DNA from: an uncultured Candidatus Saccharibacteria bacterium
GTDB lineage: Bacteria; Patescibacteriota; Minisyncoccia; UBA6257; 1-14-0-10-44-23
Direction: 5' to 3'
Assembly (NCBI GenBank): GCA_964549935.1
Contig: CAZJVT010000002.1
Coordinates: forward strand, 191,066 to 255,065
DNA: 64,000 nt
Position 1 is the stretch's first letter, and every line of letters begins with the position of its first letter. The position numbers and the translations under genes are program-made. Below are positions 1 to 8,464 of this stretch, piece after piece. Below the pieces are notes generated by a model that was given only the letters and a program-made list of their open reading frames with translations, made no database searches and was not told the DNA's origin.

Positions 1-2
1 CA

Positions 3-1670
3 GAGATCCCCTATCAGGTAAACAAGAGCGAGCTGCTGATGCGCATGGCCGAGCTCGTTACCGACAAAAAAATCGAGGGCGTCCGCGACATCCGCGACGA
101 AAGCGACAAGCACGGTATGAGCATCATCATCGAGCTCAAAAACGACGCCAACCCGCAAAAGATTTTGAACCAGTTGTTTGAATACACTGATTTGCAAAAG
201 AACTTTGCGGTCAACATGGTCGCACTTGGCGACGGCGGACTGCAGCCGCAGACGATGTCGCTTAAAGACATGCTCGTAGCCTTTATCGAACACCGTAAAC
301 TCGTCGTAAAGCGCCGCGCTGAATTTGACCTACGTAAAGCCAAAGAGCGTGAGCATATCTTAGAAGGTTTGGAGAAGGCACTCTCGAACATCGACAAAAT
401 CATCGCCCTGATTCGTAAAGCCGAAAACCGCGAGGAGGCGCACACCAACTTGATGAAGACCTTCAAGTTTAGCGACTTGCAGGCCACCGCCATTTTGGAC
501 ACCAAACTTGCAACGCTCGCCAGCCTGGAGCGCTTTAAGATTGAAGACGAATTGAAACAAAAGCGCGCACTCATCGAAGAGCTCGAGAGCCTGCTTAAGA
601 GCACGGCCAAGATTTTGACGGTCATCAAAAACGAGCTCAAAGAGGTCAAAGAAAAGTTTGGCGACGAGCGTCGCACCCGCGTAATCAGCGGCGGCATCAA
701 AGACTTCGCCGAGGAGGACTTAATCGCCAACGAAGAAACGATCATTACCCTCTCGCAGAGCGGCTACATCAAGCGTGTTCCACCGGGTAGCTTTAAAACG
801 CAGAATCGCGGAGGCAAAGGCCTTATTGGCTCCGACGTGGCCGACGACGACTTTATTTCGCACATCAAGTTCTCGCACACCCACGACAATATCTTGTTCT
901 TCACGGACCGTGGCCGCGTCTTCCAAACCAAAGTCTGGGAACTTCCGGCTGCCAGCCGTCAGAGCAAAGGTAAGCCGGTACACAACTTCCTGGAGATGCC
1001 GCTCGAGGAGCGCGTTAACGCCATCGTTACCTATCCGAACGATGTCAAAGGCAAAGATTTGACGAAGGAGTTCCTGGTGATGACGACCGTTCAGGGCATG
1101 ATCAAGAAAACCGCGCTCGCCGAGTTCCAAAACGTCCGCCGCTCCGGCATCATCGCCATTGGACTCCATAAAGACGACACCTTGCAGTGGGTTACCCGCT
1201 CAAACGGTGGCGACGAGATAATCATCACTACCCACGACGGTCAATCAATCCGCTTCCCGGAGAAGCAGGTTCGCCCGATGGGTCGTACCGCCAGCGGTGT
1301 TACCGCTATCAAGCTCAAAGGTAAAGACTTTGTCAGCTCGATGAACGTCATTACCAAAGAGCAGGCCAAGGACTTTAAGTTACTTGTCGTGATGAGCAAC
1401 GGTTACGGTAAACAAACGCCGCTTTCGCAGTACCGCGTCCAGAGCCGCTCCGGATCAGGTATTAAGACCGCCGAGGTTACTGCTAAGACCGGCGCCGTTA
1501 TGGATGCTCGCGTTATCAGCGAAGAAAAGGAGCTTATCGCCCTCTCCGCCAAAGGTCAGGTCATCCGTACCGACATCGCCTCGATTCGCATCGCCAGTCG
1601 CGCGACGCAGGGCGTCAGAATAATGAACGTAGAGAGCGGAGATCATGTCATCGGGGTAATCTGCTTCTAG
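3..1670 (+). CDS. gyrA: DNA gyrase subunit A (5'-partial)
   Basis: Frame open from the window start (EIPYQVNK). GyrA-box-like QNRGGKG and C-terminal beta-pinwheel repeats (FFTDRGRVF, RPMGRTASGV, RATQGV). Confidence 0.97.
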   Translation, partial: EIPYQVNKSELLMRMAELVTDKKIEGVRDIRDESDKHGMSIIIELKNDANPQKILNQLFEYTDLQKNFAVNMVALGDGGLQPQTMSLKDMLVAFIEHRKLVVKRRAEFDLRKAKEREHILEGLEKALSNIDKIIALIRKAENREEAHTNLMKTFKFSDLQATAILDTKLATLASLERFKIEDELKQKRALIEELESLLKSTAKILTVIKNELKEVKEKFGDERRTRVISGGIKDFAEEDLIANEETIITLSQSGYIKRVPPGSFKTQNRGGKGLIGSDVADDDFISHIKFSHTHDNILFFTDRGRVFQTKVWELPAASRQSKGKPVHNFLEMPLEERVNAIVTYPNDVKGKDLTKEFLVMTTVQGMIKKTALAEFQNVRRSGIIAIGLHKDDTLQWVTRSNGGDEIIITTHDGQSIRFPEKQVRPMGRTASGVTAIKLKGKDFVSSMNVITKEQAKDFKLLVVMSNGYGKQTPLSQYRVQSRSGSGIKTAEVTAKTGAVMDARVISEEKELIALSAKGQVIRTDIASIRIASRATQGVRIMNVESGDHVIGVICF

Positions 1671-1692
1671 GACTTAAACCTAAAAACATACT

Positions 1693-1725
1693 CACAAAGC
1701 CGCCTCGTTAAAAGGCGGCTTTGTG
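1693..1725 (+). terminator. Intrinsic terminator-like hairpin after gyrA
   Basis: cacaaagccgcct ... aggcggctttgtg inverted repeat. Confidence 0.7.
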
Positions 1726-1739
1726 TTATCATTAACTCT

Positions 1740-3053
1740 ATGCCTCCGCGTTTTACTCGTACGCAAATTGTTATTGCCGGCATTGTTCTGGCAATCATAC
1801 TGCTCGTCATCCTCATCGCCACCGGCATTATCCCGGGCCTTCGGCAAAAACAAACCGGTGACAAGTTAACCGGCGATCTCACCGTTTGGGGAGTTTTTGA
1901 TGATGAGGTCGCCATCAACAGCACCCTCATAACCGAATTCCGCAACAAACACCCTCAGGTAAACATCACCTATAAAAAAATTGACGAGCGCAGCTATGAA
2001 AGCGATCTCGTTAATGCGCTTGCCGCCGGCACAGGTCCGGATGTATTCATGGTTCAAAACACCTGGCTGCCGAAGCATTACAACAAGCTCTCGCCTCGTG
2101 ATCCAAAGCAGTTCAATCTGGTTAACTTCGGTGAGCTATACCCGCAGGTCGTAGTCAAAGATTTTTCGAAGGACGGCAAAGTTTATGCCATGCCGCTGTA
2201 TGTCGACACGCTTGCGTTGCTTTACAACAAAAACTTGTTTGACGCCGCCGGTATTGCCCAGGTTCCAAAGAGCTGGGACGACCTGGTAAACGCGATCCCA
2301 CTACTGCGCCGATTAGATGACGGCGGTCGGATTTCACAAGCCGCAGCGGCTATCGGTGGCAGTACTCGTACGATTAACGGCGCCAACGACTTGCTCTTCC
2401 AGCTGATGATGCAGTTCGGTTCACAGATGACCAATGAACAACACACCTCGGCTAACTTCGGCTATTCCGGCAAGCAGGCGCTGGATTACTACTTAAGCTT
2501 CGGCAACCAGCGCAGCCCGGCATACACCTGGGATTACGGCGTCCACTATTCAATCGATGCCTTCGCCGAAGAATCAGTGGCAATGCTTTTTAATTATGGG
2601 TATCAACTCCAGCAACTAAAAGAAAAAAATCCCTTCCTGCAAATTGGCGTCGCGCCGATGCTACAAAAAACGGGTACGACGAAGCCTATCACCTACGCAA
2701 ACTACTTCGGCTTGGGCGTTTCGGCGACGAGCAAAAACAAAACACTTTCTTGGCTCTTCGTCGACGAGGCAACCGTTGATCCTGCAACGAATGCAAAATA
2801 TTTAAACGCCACCCACCGATCCCCCGCGCTACGATCACTGATTGCGACTTCGATGAACGACCCGGAGGTTGGCGTGTTTGCCAGGCAGGCTCTCCAGGCC
2901 AACTCCTGGTACCAGGGCGACAGCACCGAAGTTAACAGTACGTTTACCTCTATGCTAGACTTAATCGTAAGCGGCCAATTGAGCACGAGCCGCGCCCTTG
3001 ACCAGGCGGAACAGCTCGTAACCGAGTCTTTGCGCAAAACCTCGGGCCAATAA
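1740..3053 (+). CDS. Extracellular solute-binding protein (family 1, sugar ABC type) with N-terminal membrane anchor
   Basis: LAAGTGPDVF, YAMPLYVDTLALLYNK and PKSWDDL motifs. Confidence 0.88.
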   Translation: MPPRFTRTQIVIAGIVLAIILLVILIATGIIPGLRQKQTGDKLTGDLTVWGVFDDEVAINSTLITEFRNKHPQVNITYKKIDERSYESDLVNALAAGTGPDVFMVQNTWLPKHYNKLSPRDPKQFNLVNFGELYPQVVVKDFSKDGKVYAMPLYVDTLALLYNKNLFDAAGIAQVPKSWDDLVNAIPLLRRLDDGGRISQAAAAIGGSTRTINGANDLLFQLMMQFGSQMTNEQHTSANFGYSGKQALDYYLSFGNQRSPAYTWDYGVHYSIDAFAEESVAMLFNYGYQLQQLKEKNPFLQIGVAPMLQKTGTTKPITYANYFGLGVSATSKNKTLSWLFVDEATVDPATNAKYLNATHRSPALRSLIATSMNDPEVGVFARQALQANSWYQGDSTEVNSTFTSMLDLIVSGQLSTSRALDQAEQLVTESLRKTSGQ

Positions 3054-3054
3054 T

Positions 3055-3537
3055 ATGAAACTTCGACCAGCCAAACTCTCGCTCGCGATTTTACTGCTAA
3101 GTAGTATTTTAGTGACGGCAACTCCAGCCATTGTCGCGGCGGCAGATTTAGATGTTAACCCGGCAACGACCAGCTTGGCTAACGGCATTATGCCTGCTTG
3201 CGACCCGGGTTACAGCGATTTAAAGGGTGGGACGATAGGGCCAAAGGGCCTCCCTGCCTGCGGCGTGACGCAAGCCCTTCAGCTTATCTATAACATCATA
3301 AAATACGTTACTTACATCATCATCCCTATCGCCGTATTGCTCATTGGTTACGCCGGGTTTACGATTATGACCTCCGCCGGAGAGGCTGAAAAGATAAGTC
3401 AGGCGAAACACATGATCCAGCTCCTGGCTATTGGCATCGCTATTATTCTTCTCTCGACACTTATCGTTCAGTACGTATTTAAAGCAGTTGGCGTGCAGTC
3501 GACTAATATAACTAATATCACGCCGGGTGCGAAATAA
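3055..3537 (+). CDS. TrbC/VirB2-like pilin
   Basis: Signal peptide, two-Cys loop, then TM-(TSAGEAEKISQAK)-TM hairpin. Confidence 0.75.
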   Translation: MKLRPAKLSLAILLLSSILVTATPAIVAAADLDVNPATTSLANGIMPACDPGYSDLKGGTIGPKGLPACGVTQALQLIYNIIKYVTYIIIPIAVLLIGYAGFTIMTSAGEAEKISQAKHMIQLLAIGIAIILLSTLIVQYVFKAVGVQSTNITNITPGAK

Positions 3538-3538
3538 T

Positions 3539-3886
3539 ATGAAATGGCTCACCTCGATTTTCTTGCTTCTTGGAACTAAGCTCGCTTTTGCCGCAGACAA
3601 AGTCACTCTTCCCAATCCCCTCTGCCCTGAAAATGATCCGACCTGTAAAACCTCTCTCCCGGATATCATTCACAGCGTTTTTCATTTTTTGGCAATCGAC
3701 ATTGGCCCGCTTGTGGTCATCATTTTCGTACTTGTTGGCGCCTACCAGATGATTTTTAGCGGCGGCGAAGCGGAAAAATTCACAAAAGGTAAAACTACTA
3801 TCGTTTACACCGTCGTCGGTTACGCCGTCCTCTTAATGGCCAATGGTATTGCCGCGATTATCCAAACAATCTTAACCGGTAAGTAA
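3539..3886 (+). CDS. TrbC/VirB2-like pilin
   Basis: Signal peptide, LPNPL, TM-(SGGEAEKFTKGKTTI)-TM. ATG at 3539 chosen as start. Confidence 0.78.
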   Translation: MKWLTSIFLLLGTKLAFAADKVTLPNPLCPENDPTCKTSLPDIIHSVFHFLAIDIGPLVVIIFVLVGAYQMIFSGGEAEKFTKGKTTIVYTVVGYAVLLMANGIAAIIQTILTGK

Positions 3887-3889
3887 TAC

Positions 3890-4234
3890 ATGCAAACTAT
3901 GAAAAGACTTGCAGCAAGACTGACTGTGCTCGCCTTGACCTCAGCCCCACTTCTTGCCTTCGCCCAAGACGTCGGCGATGACGGGTTGCCGAAAACGACG
4001 AAGGATGTTATGACCATACTCGGCCGAATCGGCGACTGGCTTTTTACCGGACTGCTCATTATAAGTGTTATAATGTTGATAGTAGCCGGATACAAGTATT
4101 TGTTCTCACAAGGAAGCGAAGAGCAGACGACCTCGGCAAAAAATACTATTGTTTATGCGGTTATTGCCCTAGCGGTGGCAATGCTAGCCGGTGGAATCCC
4201 GTATCTCGTCAAGTCAATCCTTCAAGTTAAATAA
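3890..4234 (+). CDS. TrbC/VirB2-like pilin
   Basis: Signal peptide ending AFA, TM-(GYKYLFSQGSEEQTTSAKNTI)-TM. Confidence 0.8.
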   Translation: MQTMKRLAARLTVLALTSAPLLAFAQDVGDDGLPKTTKDVMTILGRIGDWLFTGLLIISVIMLIVAGYKYLFSQGSEEQTTSAKNTIVYAVIALAVAMLAGGIPYLVKSILQVK

Positions 4235-4256
4235 AAATAAATAACATTAATATCGT

Positions 4257-4679
4257 ATGAAGAAATTATTGACAGCTCTCGCGCTCGCTGGAATTACGCT
4301 AAGTTTCGCCGCACCTCTCGTCCTTGCTCAACCGGCGGGATCAATTACCTGCCCTACGGGCATCTCTGTTTCGGCTGGCACGCCCTGCCCATTACCAGAC
4401 AAAATCCTTGGCGGCGACGTAACAAATCTTGGCGGTGGCAGCTTTGTTGCTTTACTTCAGACGATTACTAACTGGATGTTTACTTTCCTGCTAGTGTTCG
4501 CTGTAATCATCTTCATCTACGCAGCTTATAAGTATCTTTTCTCTGGAGGCAACGAAGAAGGCACAACTGCCGCAAAGAACTACCTCATTTATGGCGTTAT
4601 CGCTATCGCAGTTGCGATGATGGCAAAAGGTATAACCTTTATCGTCGCCGAACTCTTAGGAGCAACGACTACGAAATAG
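4257..4679 (+). CDS. TrbC/VirB2-like pilin
   Basis: Signal peptide, two-Cys loop, TM-(YKYLFSGGNEEGTTAAKNYL)-TM. Confidence 0.8.
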   Translation: MKKLLTALALAGITLSFAAPLVLAQPAGSITCPTGISVSAGTPCPLPDKILGGDVTNLGGGSFVALLQTITNWMFTFLLVFAVIIFIYAAYKYLFSGGNEEGTTAAKNYLIYGVIAIAVAMMAKGITFIVAELLGATTTK

Positions 4680-4702
4680 TTTTTTTTCTGTAACTGTATC
4701 CA

Positions 4703-4730
4703 CTAAAAACCGCCTTCGGGCGGTTTTTAG
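4703..4730. terminator. Bidirectional intrinsic terminator
   Basis: ctaaaaaccgcc ttcg ggcggtttttag between convergent genes. Confidence 0.8.
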
Positions 4731-4838
4731 CTTGATATAAAAACGACAGAAGCCCGGCCGGTGACATCCTCCCTTTTGGGGAGGAGCACCGAACCGGGCT
4801 TCAACTGCGCGTCGCCTTACGTCGACGCGCGAACGACT

Positions 4839-5387
4839 CTACCAGGCTTCTACGCTGAAGCGCTGGTTCACGGCCCTGACCTGAACGTAGAACGTCCCGG
4901 TCGAAGTCGTATCCCAAGCTATCCCGGCCCGAGCTTCGAATGGGTTGCCGTCCCCATTCTCAAGCAGGACCTGATAGCCCAGGTTGTCCGGCGCTCGAAT
5001 CTTGAAGCGCATGCCGCCGGAGACATGCACTCTGACCCACTGCCCGGGAAGCAGTGCGTCGGGAAACGACTTTTCTCCCGGAGAGTCCAGCGTCACGCTC
5101 GCGACCGGAACTTCCGGCGGAGTGTGCGCTTTCGGTGTGTGACTCGCCGCCACACCGACTGCGGCTTCCTTCTTGACTGCCTGCTCGACCGTGAAGTCGT
5201 GCGGCAGTTCAGGTGCAGTGGGTTTCCGGCTCTGGTAGAGCAGGTAGACCGCCGCGCCAATCAGCGCCCCCCAGAGGAGAAAGTACCTCAAGAGAACGAC
5301 CGCCCCCGGAAACGGGGGTTCCATCCCCTTCGGCAGCCGCCCTGCGGACTCCGCCTCGGGCGTAGCAGCATGTGCGTCGCCGCTCAT
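4839..5387 (-). CDS. Hypothetical single-TM protein (GC-rich cassette)
   Basis: 182 aa, one TM plus beta-rich C-terminus. GAGGAGG SD; 4-nt overlap with the upstream ORF. Confidence 0.7.
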   Translation of the reverse strand: MSGDAHAATPEAESAGRLPKGMEPPFPGAVVLLRYFLLWGALIGAAVYLLYQSRKPTAPELPHDFTVEQAVKKEAAVGVAASHTPKAHTPPEVPVASVTLDSPGEKSFPDALLPGQWVRVHVSGGMRFKIRAPDNLGYQVLLENGDGNPFEARAGIAWDTTSTGTFYVQVRAVNQRFSVEAW

Positions 5388-7216
5388 CGCGTACCTCCTC
5401 TTCTGCCAGCGAGTTCGCGCAGCGTCACGATGACGTCAGCGCCGATGCCGTTCGCGGTCACGATCTCCTCGTGAACATCCCGCTTCACGACACCGTCTTC
5501 GGCCAGGACAGCCTCTCTCGCCTTCTGCTTGATCTCGTCGCTCACTCCTGCGAAGGCAGTGAGCGCCTCCAGGTCCGTCACCTTGTCCGGTGACGCCCAG
5601 CGAGCCATGCGCAGCACCCGATTATTGGTCGTAACCAGGTCGGCGCCGGCCTTGTTCTCGGCTTCCAGTCGCTTGAGATCTTTCTGGATGAGAGCGACCG
5701 AACGAGCAACAAGAATCTCAAGCCACTTCCCGGTGGGCATGAGCTTGGTCAGGTTCAACCGCGTGATGATCACGCCGAAGACCTTGACCTTGATGTGCGC
5801 CCGCCCCTGCTCGAGGGCGTCCGCCATCTGATCCCGCGCCCAGAGGTAAGCCTCGAGGCGCTGGCCAACAAACTGCTTGGCCGCGGCCAGGTCACGGTAT
5901 CCCATCCCGGCCACGACCGCGAGGATCTTGGCCTTGACGGCGTCGATCGTCTTGAAGTCGGATCCCTTGAGATCCTCCTCCTTGACGTCTTCGCGGTGCC
6001 AGAGGCGCACCAGGAACGTCGGTACGCCCGGGACGACCTCCTTGGGCTTCGCCAGGAACTTGCGCTTCGCCTTCGCGACGCGCTTCTCCTCGGCGCGAAC
6101 CTCCACGGGAGTCGTGGGTGCGACAGGCGGGACAGGCGAGACGAACACGAGGTCCGCGCCCAACTCATTCGCACCGAGATGGTGCTCGTGAGCCCAGTGC
6201 GCGATGTGCCCCGTGATGACCGGCCAGAATTGATCCGGATACAGCTCCTTGACGATCGCCAAGGCGCCGCGACGGATTGCTCCGGGGACCTCCTCGCCGT
6301 ACTGCGGCCCGCTTGTGGGCGAGCGCAGCCACCGACGATACGACTCATTGAGCTGGTCGATCAGCTTCGGCAAAACGCCGGCAATGAACCCCTCATGCTT
6401 GAACGGCAAGAGACGGTTCGAGTCAGCCATGATGCCGATGCCCAAGTTGCCCGTGAAGGTGCTGTCCTCCGGGCCGAGAATCGGTTCCTCCTTGGAACCG
6501 ATGCAGGGATTGAAGTCCCCACCACTTACGTCCACCGGCTCCGGCTTGAACAGCCACCAGAGCAGCGGAATGCGAGCGCGACCTTCGAGAGGCTTGATCG
6601 CCGAAAGCATGATCCCGTTGAAGTCCAGGAATGCCTTCGTTTCCGGGTGTGATACCGAAAACCGCGCATACCCCTCGAACTTGTACGCGTCGTACAAGAC
6701 CCAGGAGATGATCGGAGCCGCGACGAGCGCCAGAGGCAACCAAGCCCCCATCGCCAGACACAGCACGATCGCGATTACAGTCCCCACCACGAAGCAAACA
6801 GTCCGAGCCCGCGCGTCGAACTCGGCGAGAATCGGGCCGAACTCCAGATGCGGGATCACGTCGTGGTGACCTCCCCCGCCAGGATGTTCGTCGTCATCGC
6901 CGAGTTCGGCGTGAGCACAGTGCCCCCGCGAACAGTTGATCGCCTCCTGCAGATGCGTGAGTGGTGGCCAGAGCCACCCCATCGCGCGCCCGACGTTGAA
7001 GGACAGCGGTGCGCCGGGCGGCGCAGCCGTACCGCGCATCTGCCACCAGCGAACCAGAGTATAGACGTTCAGCCCGATCGCCACGAAGGCGCCGAGCAGG
7101 CACGCCAGCTTCACCCAGGGATTCATCGTTCCGCGATCGGAGATCGCAGCGTACAACGAGTACGCAGCGCCGACGAACGCAGCGACGAGACCAACGAGCT
7201 TCAGGATTCTACGCAT
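5384..7216 (-). CDS. Multi-TM hypothetical protein, possibly divergent SPFH/Band 7 domain (GC-rich cassette)
   Basis: 610 aa, about 4 TM helices, His/Cys-rich loop, C-terminal FGVIITRLNLTKLMP followed by a coiled segment. GAGGAG SD. The SPFH call is inference. Confidence 0.6.
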   Translation of the reverse strand: MRRILKLVGLVAAFVGAAYSLYAAISDRGTMNPWVKLACLLGAFVAIGLNVYTLVRWWQMRGTAAPPGAPLSFNVGRAMGWLWPPLTHLQEAINCSRGHCAHAELGDDDEHPGGGGHHDVIPHLEFGPILAEFDARARTVCFVVGTVIAIVLCLAMGAWLPLALVAAPIISWVLYDAYKFEGYARFSVSHPETKAFLDFNGIMLSAIKPLEGRARIPLLWWLFKPEPVDVSGGDFNPCIGSKEEPILGPEDSTFTGNLGIGIMADSNRLLPFKHEGFIAGVLPKLIDQLNESYRRWLRSPTSGPQYGEEVPGAIRRGALAIVKELYPDQFWPVITGHIAHWAHEHHLGANELGADLVFVSPVPPVAPTTPVEVRAEEKRVAKAKRKFLAKPKEVVPGVPTFLVRLWHREDVKEEDLKGSDFKTIDAVKAKILAVVAGMGYRDLAAAKQFVGQRLEAYLWARDQMADALEQGRAHIKVKVFGVIITRLNLTKLMPTGKWLEILVARSVALIQKDLKRLEAENKAGADLVTTNNRVLRMARWASPDKVTDLEALTAFAGVSDEIKQKAREAVLAEDGVVKRDVHEEIVTANGIGADVIVTLRELAGRRGGTR

Positions 7217-7524
7217 CTCTGTCTCCTCGACCCGCCTATGGCGGGTCAGAATATCTGACCCGCACCGCGGGCCTCGGTTTGGGTCCCGAGACCCTTTACC
7301 CGCGTCACAACAAGTGACGTTAGGGTCCCTCGTCTCCTGCTACCCCGCAATGGGGCAGGCCACGAAACAGGGATTTTGGGATCGATCATCGATTTTCGAC
7401 CCCAAAACTCCTGCTTCGTGCTTCAGAACACGAGAGATCCCTCAAAACCTAAGTTTTAAGGGCTTTTTAGCCCTCCTCCAATGAGGTTAAGGCGCTGTCA
7501 AAGAGCGGTCTTTACTGAACATAT

Positions 7525-7553
7525 AGTATAGCATACTAATACTAATTTGTCAA
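7525..7553 (-). promoter_or_regulatory. sigma70 promoter for the GC-rich cassette
   Basis: TTGACA-17 nt-TATACT with extended TG on the minus strand. Confidence 0.75.
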
Positions 7554-7698
7554 GTATTAGGCGCTTTTTGCACTTTTTGGTCAATCAGTAAAAATCACGA
7601 ACAAATAAGCTCAAGTTTATCCACTGCCCTGCTCAAAAATAACTTCACGTATGTTATACTGAATGTAACGAATTAATTTTTACTATTAAAAACATCGT

Positions 7699-8046
7699 AT
7701 GAAGAAAACGTTACTCGCTCTTAGCACTATCGCAATGGTCGGACTGACTCCGCTCGCCGCTTTTGCAGTTGATATTCCGGCTACCACACCTGGCCCGGGC
7801 ATCCGCAGCTTCGAAGGCATTCTTAATGTGCTCGACACCGTCATCAACTGGATGTTCACGCTCCTGCTCGTTATGGCAGTAGTTATGATCATTTACGCCG
7901 CGTTTAGCTACTTGACCGCCGGCGGTGACGAGGAGAAGGTTGGCAAGGCGCACAAGGCTATCATCTACGCCGTCGTCGCTATCGCCGTCGCCTTCCTCTC
8001 AAAGGGCATCTCGTTCGTCGTCGCACAGCTTTTGGGGCAAGGATAG
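7699..8046 (+). CDS. TrbC/VirB2-like pilin
   Basis: Signal peptide ending AFA; NWMFTLLLV...YLTAGGDEEKVGKAHKAI. Clear paralog of 4257..4679. Confidence 0.82.
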   Translation: MKKTLLALSTIAMVGLTPLAAFAVDIPATTPGPGIRSFEGILNVLDTVINWMFTLLLVMAVVMIIYAAFSYLTAGGDEEKVGKAHKAIIYAVVAIAVAFLSKGISFVVAQLLGQG

Positions 8047-8142
8047 TACGTGTAACGTTAGACGTGAAACTTGCAACTTTCAAAACCGCGACGCCAGTCG
8101 CGGTTTTGATTTTGGGGCGAAAATAAGCGATACTACAACAAT

Positions 8143-8223
8143 GCTGGGGTGGCGAAATGGCAGACGCATCAGCCTTAGGAGCTGAAGCCGCGAGGCATGT
8201 GGGTTCAAGTCCCACCCCCAGCA
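8143..8223 (+). tRNA. tRNA-Leu(TAG)
   Basis: Acceptor gctgggg/ccccagc; anticodon arm tcagc-ctTAGga-gctga; long variable arm; GGTTCAAGTCC. Confidence 0.95.
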
Positions 8224-8391
8224 CAAAAACCAAAACACGGCCTTTAGGTCGTTCTTTGGTTTTTGTGCTTAGATGGACTTGAATCGTCGGACCGGAAATT
8301 TTCAGTATAAAATTTCGGGGAGAGGGTGCCCAGACCAACTGGGCGCGACGGCGCACAGTTGAGTCGAGGGCAAGTCCCACCCCCAGCACCA
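8224..8391 (+). other. tRNA-3'-anchored structured element, copy A
   Basis: Core TCGTCGGACC-hairpin-GGAGAGGGTGCCCAGACC-hairpin-GAGTCGAGGG (8284-8370) shared with 23501-23587. Ends in a 19-bp direct repeat of the tRNA 3' end (8371-8389 = 8206-8224). Confidence 0.8.
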
Positions 8392-8464
8392 ACGAAAAAG
8401 TCCGGTCTTTGCTGGTTCTTTTTTGTCTTTGAGCTGACTAACTGTCGACTGACTAACCGACAAC

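Noticed and set aside
14-745. Antisense ORFs over gyrA and other core genes (also 25372..26241, 45142..45876, 59759..60550)
   Set aside because: Opposite well-supported conserved genes and lacking recognisable motifs.
4761-7317. Long plus-strand and alternative-frame ORFs over the GC-rich insert (e.g. 5795..6652, 6249..6869)
   Set aside because: Shadow ORFs expected at high GC. The minus-strand pair has SD sites, translational coupling and a promoter.
7639-7660. loxP-like ATAACTTC...GTTAT
   Set aside because: Short partial match that is explained by the TGTTATACT promoter of the pilin gene.
8206-8389. Prophage or genomic island bounded by tRNA-Leu attL/attR
   Set aside because: The repeats enclose only about 146 bp with no genes. 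Treated instead as the tRNA-anchored element.
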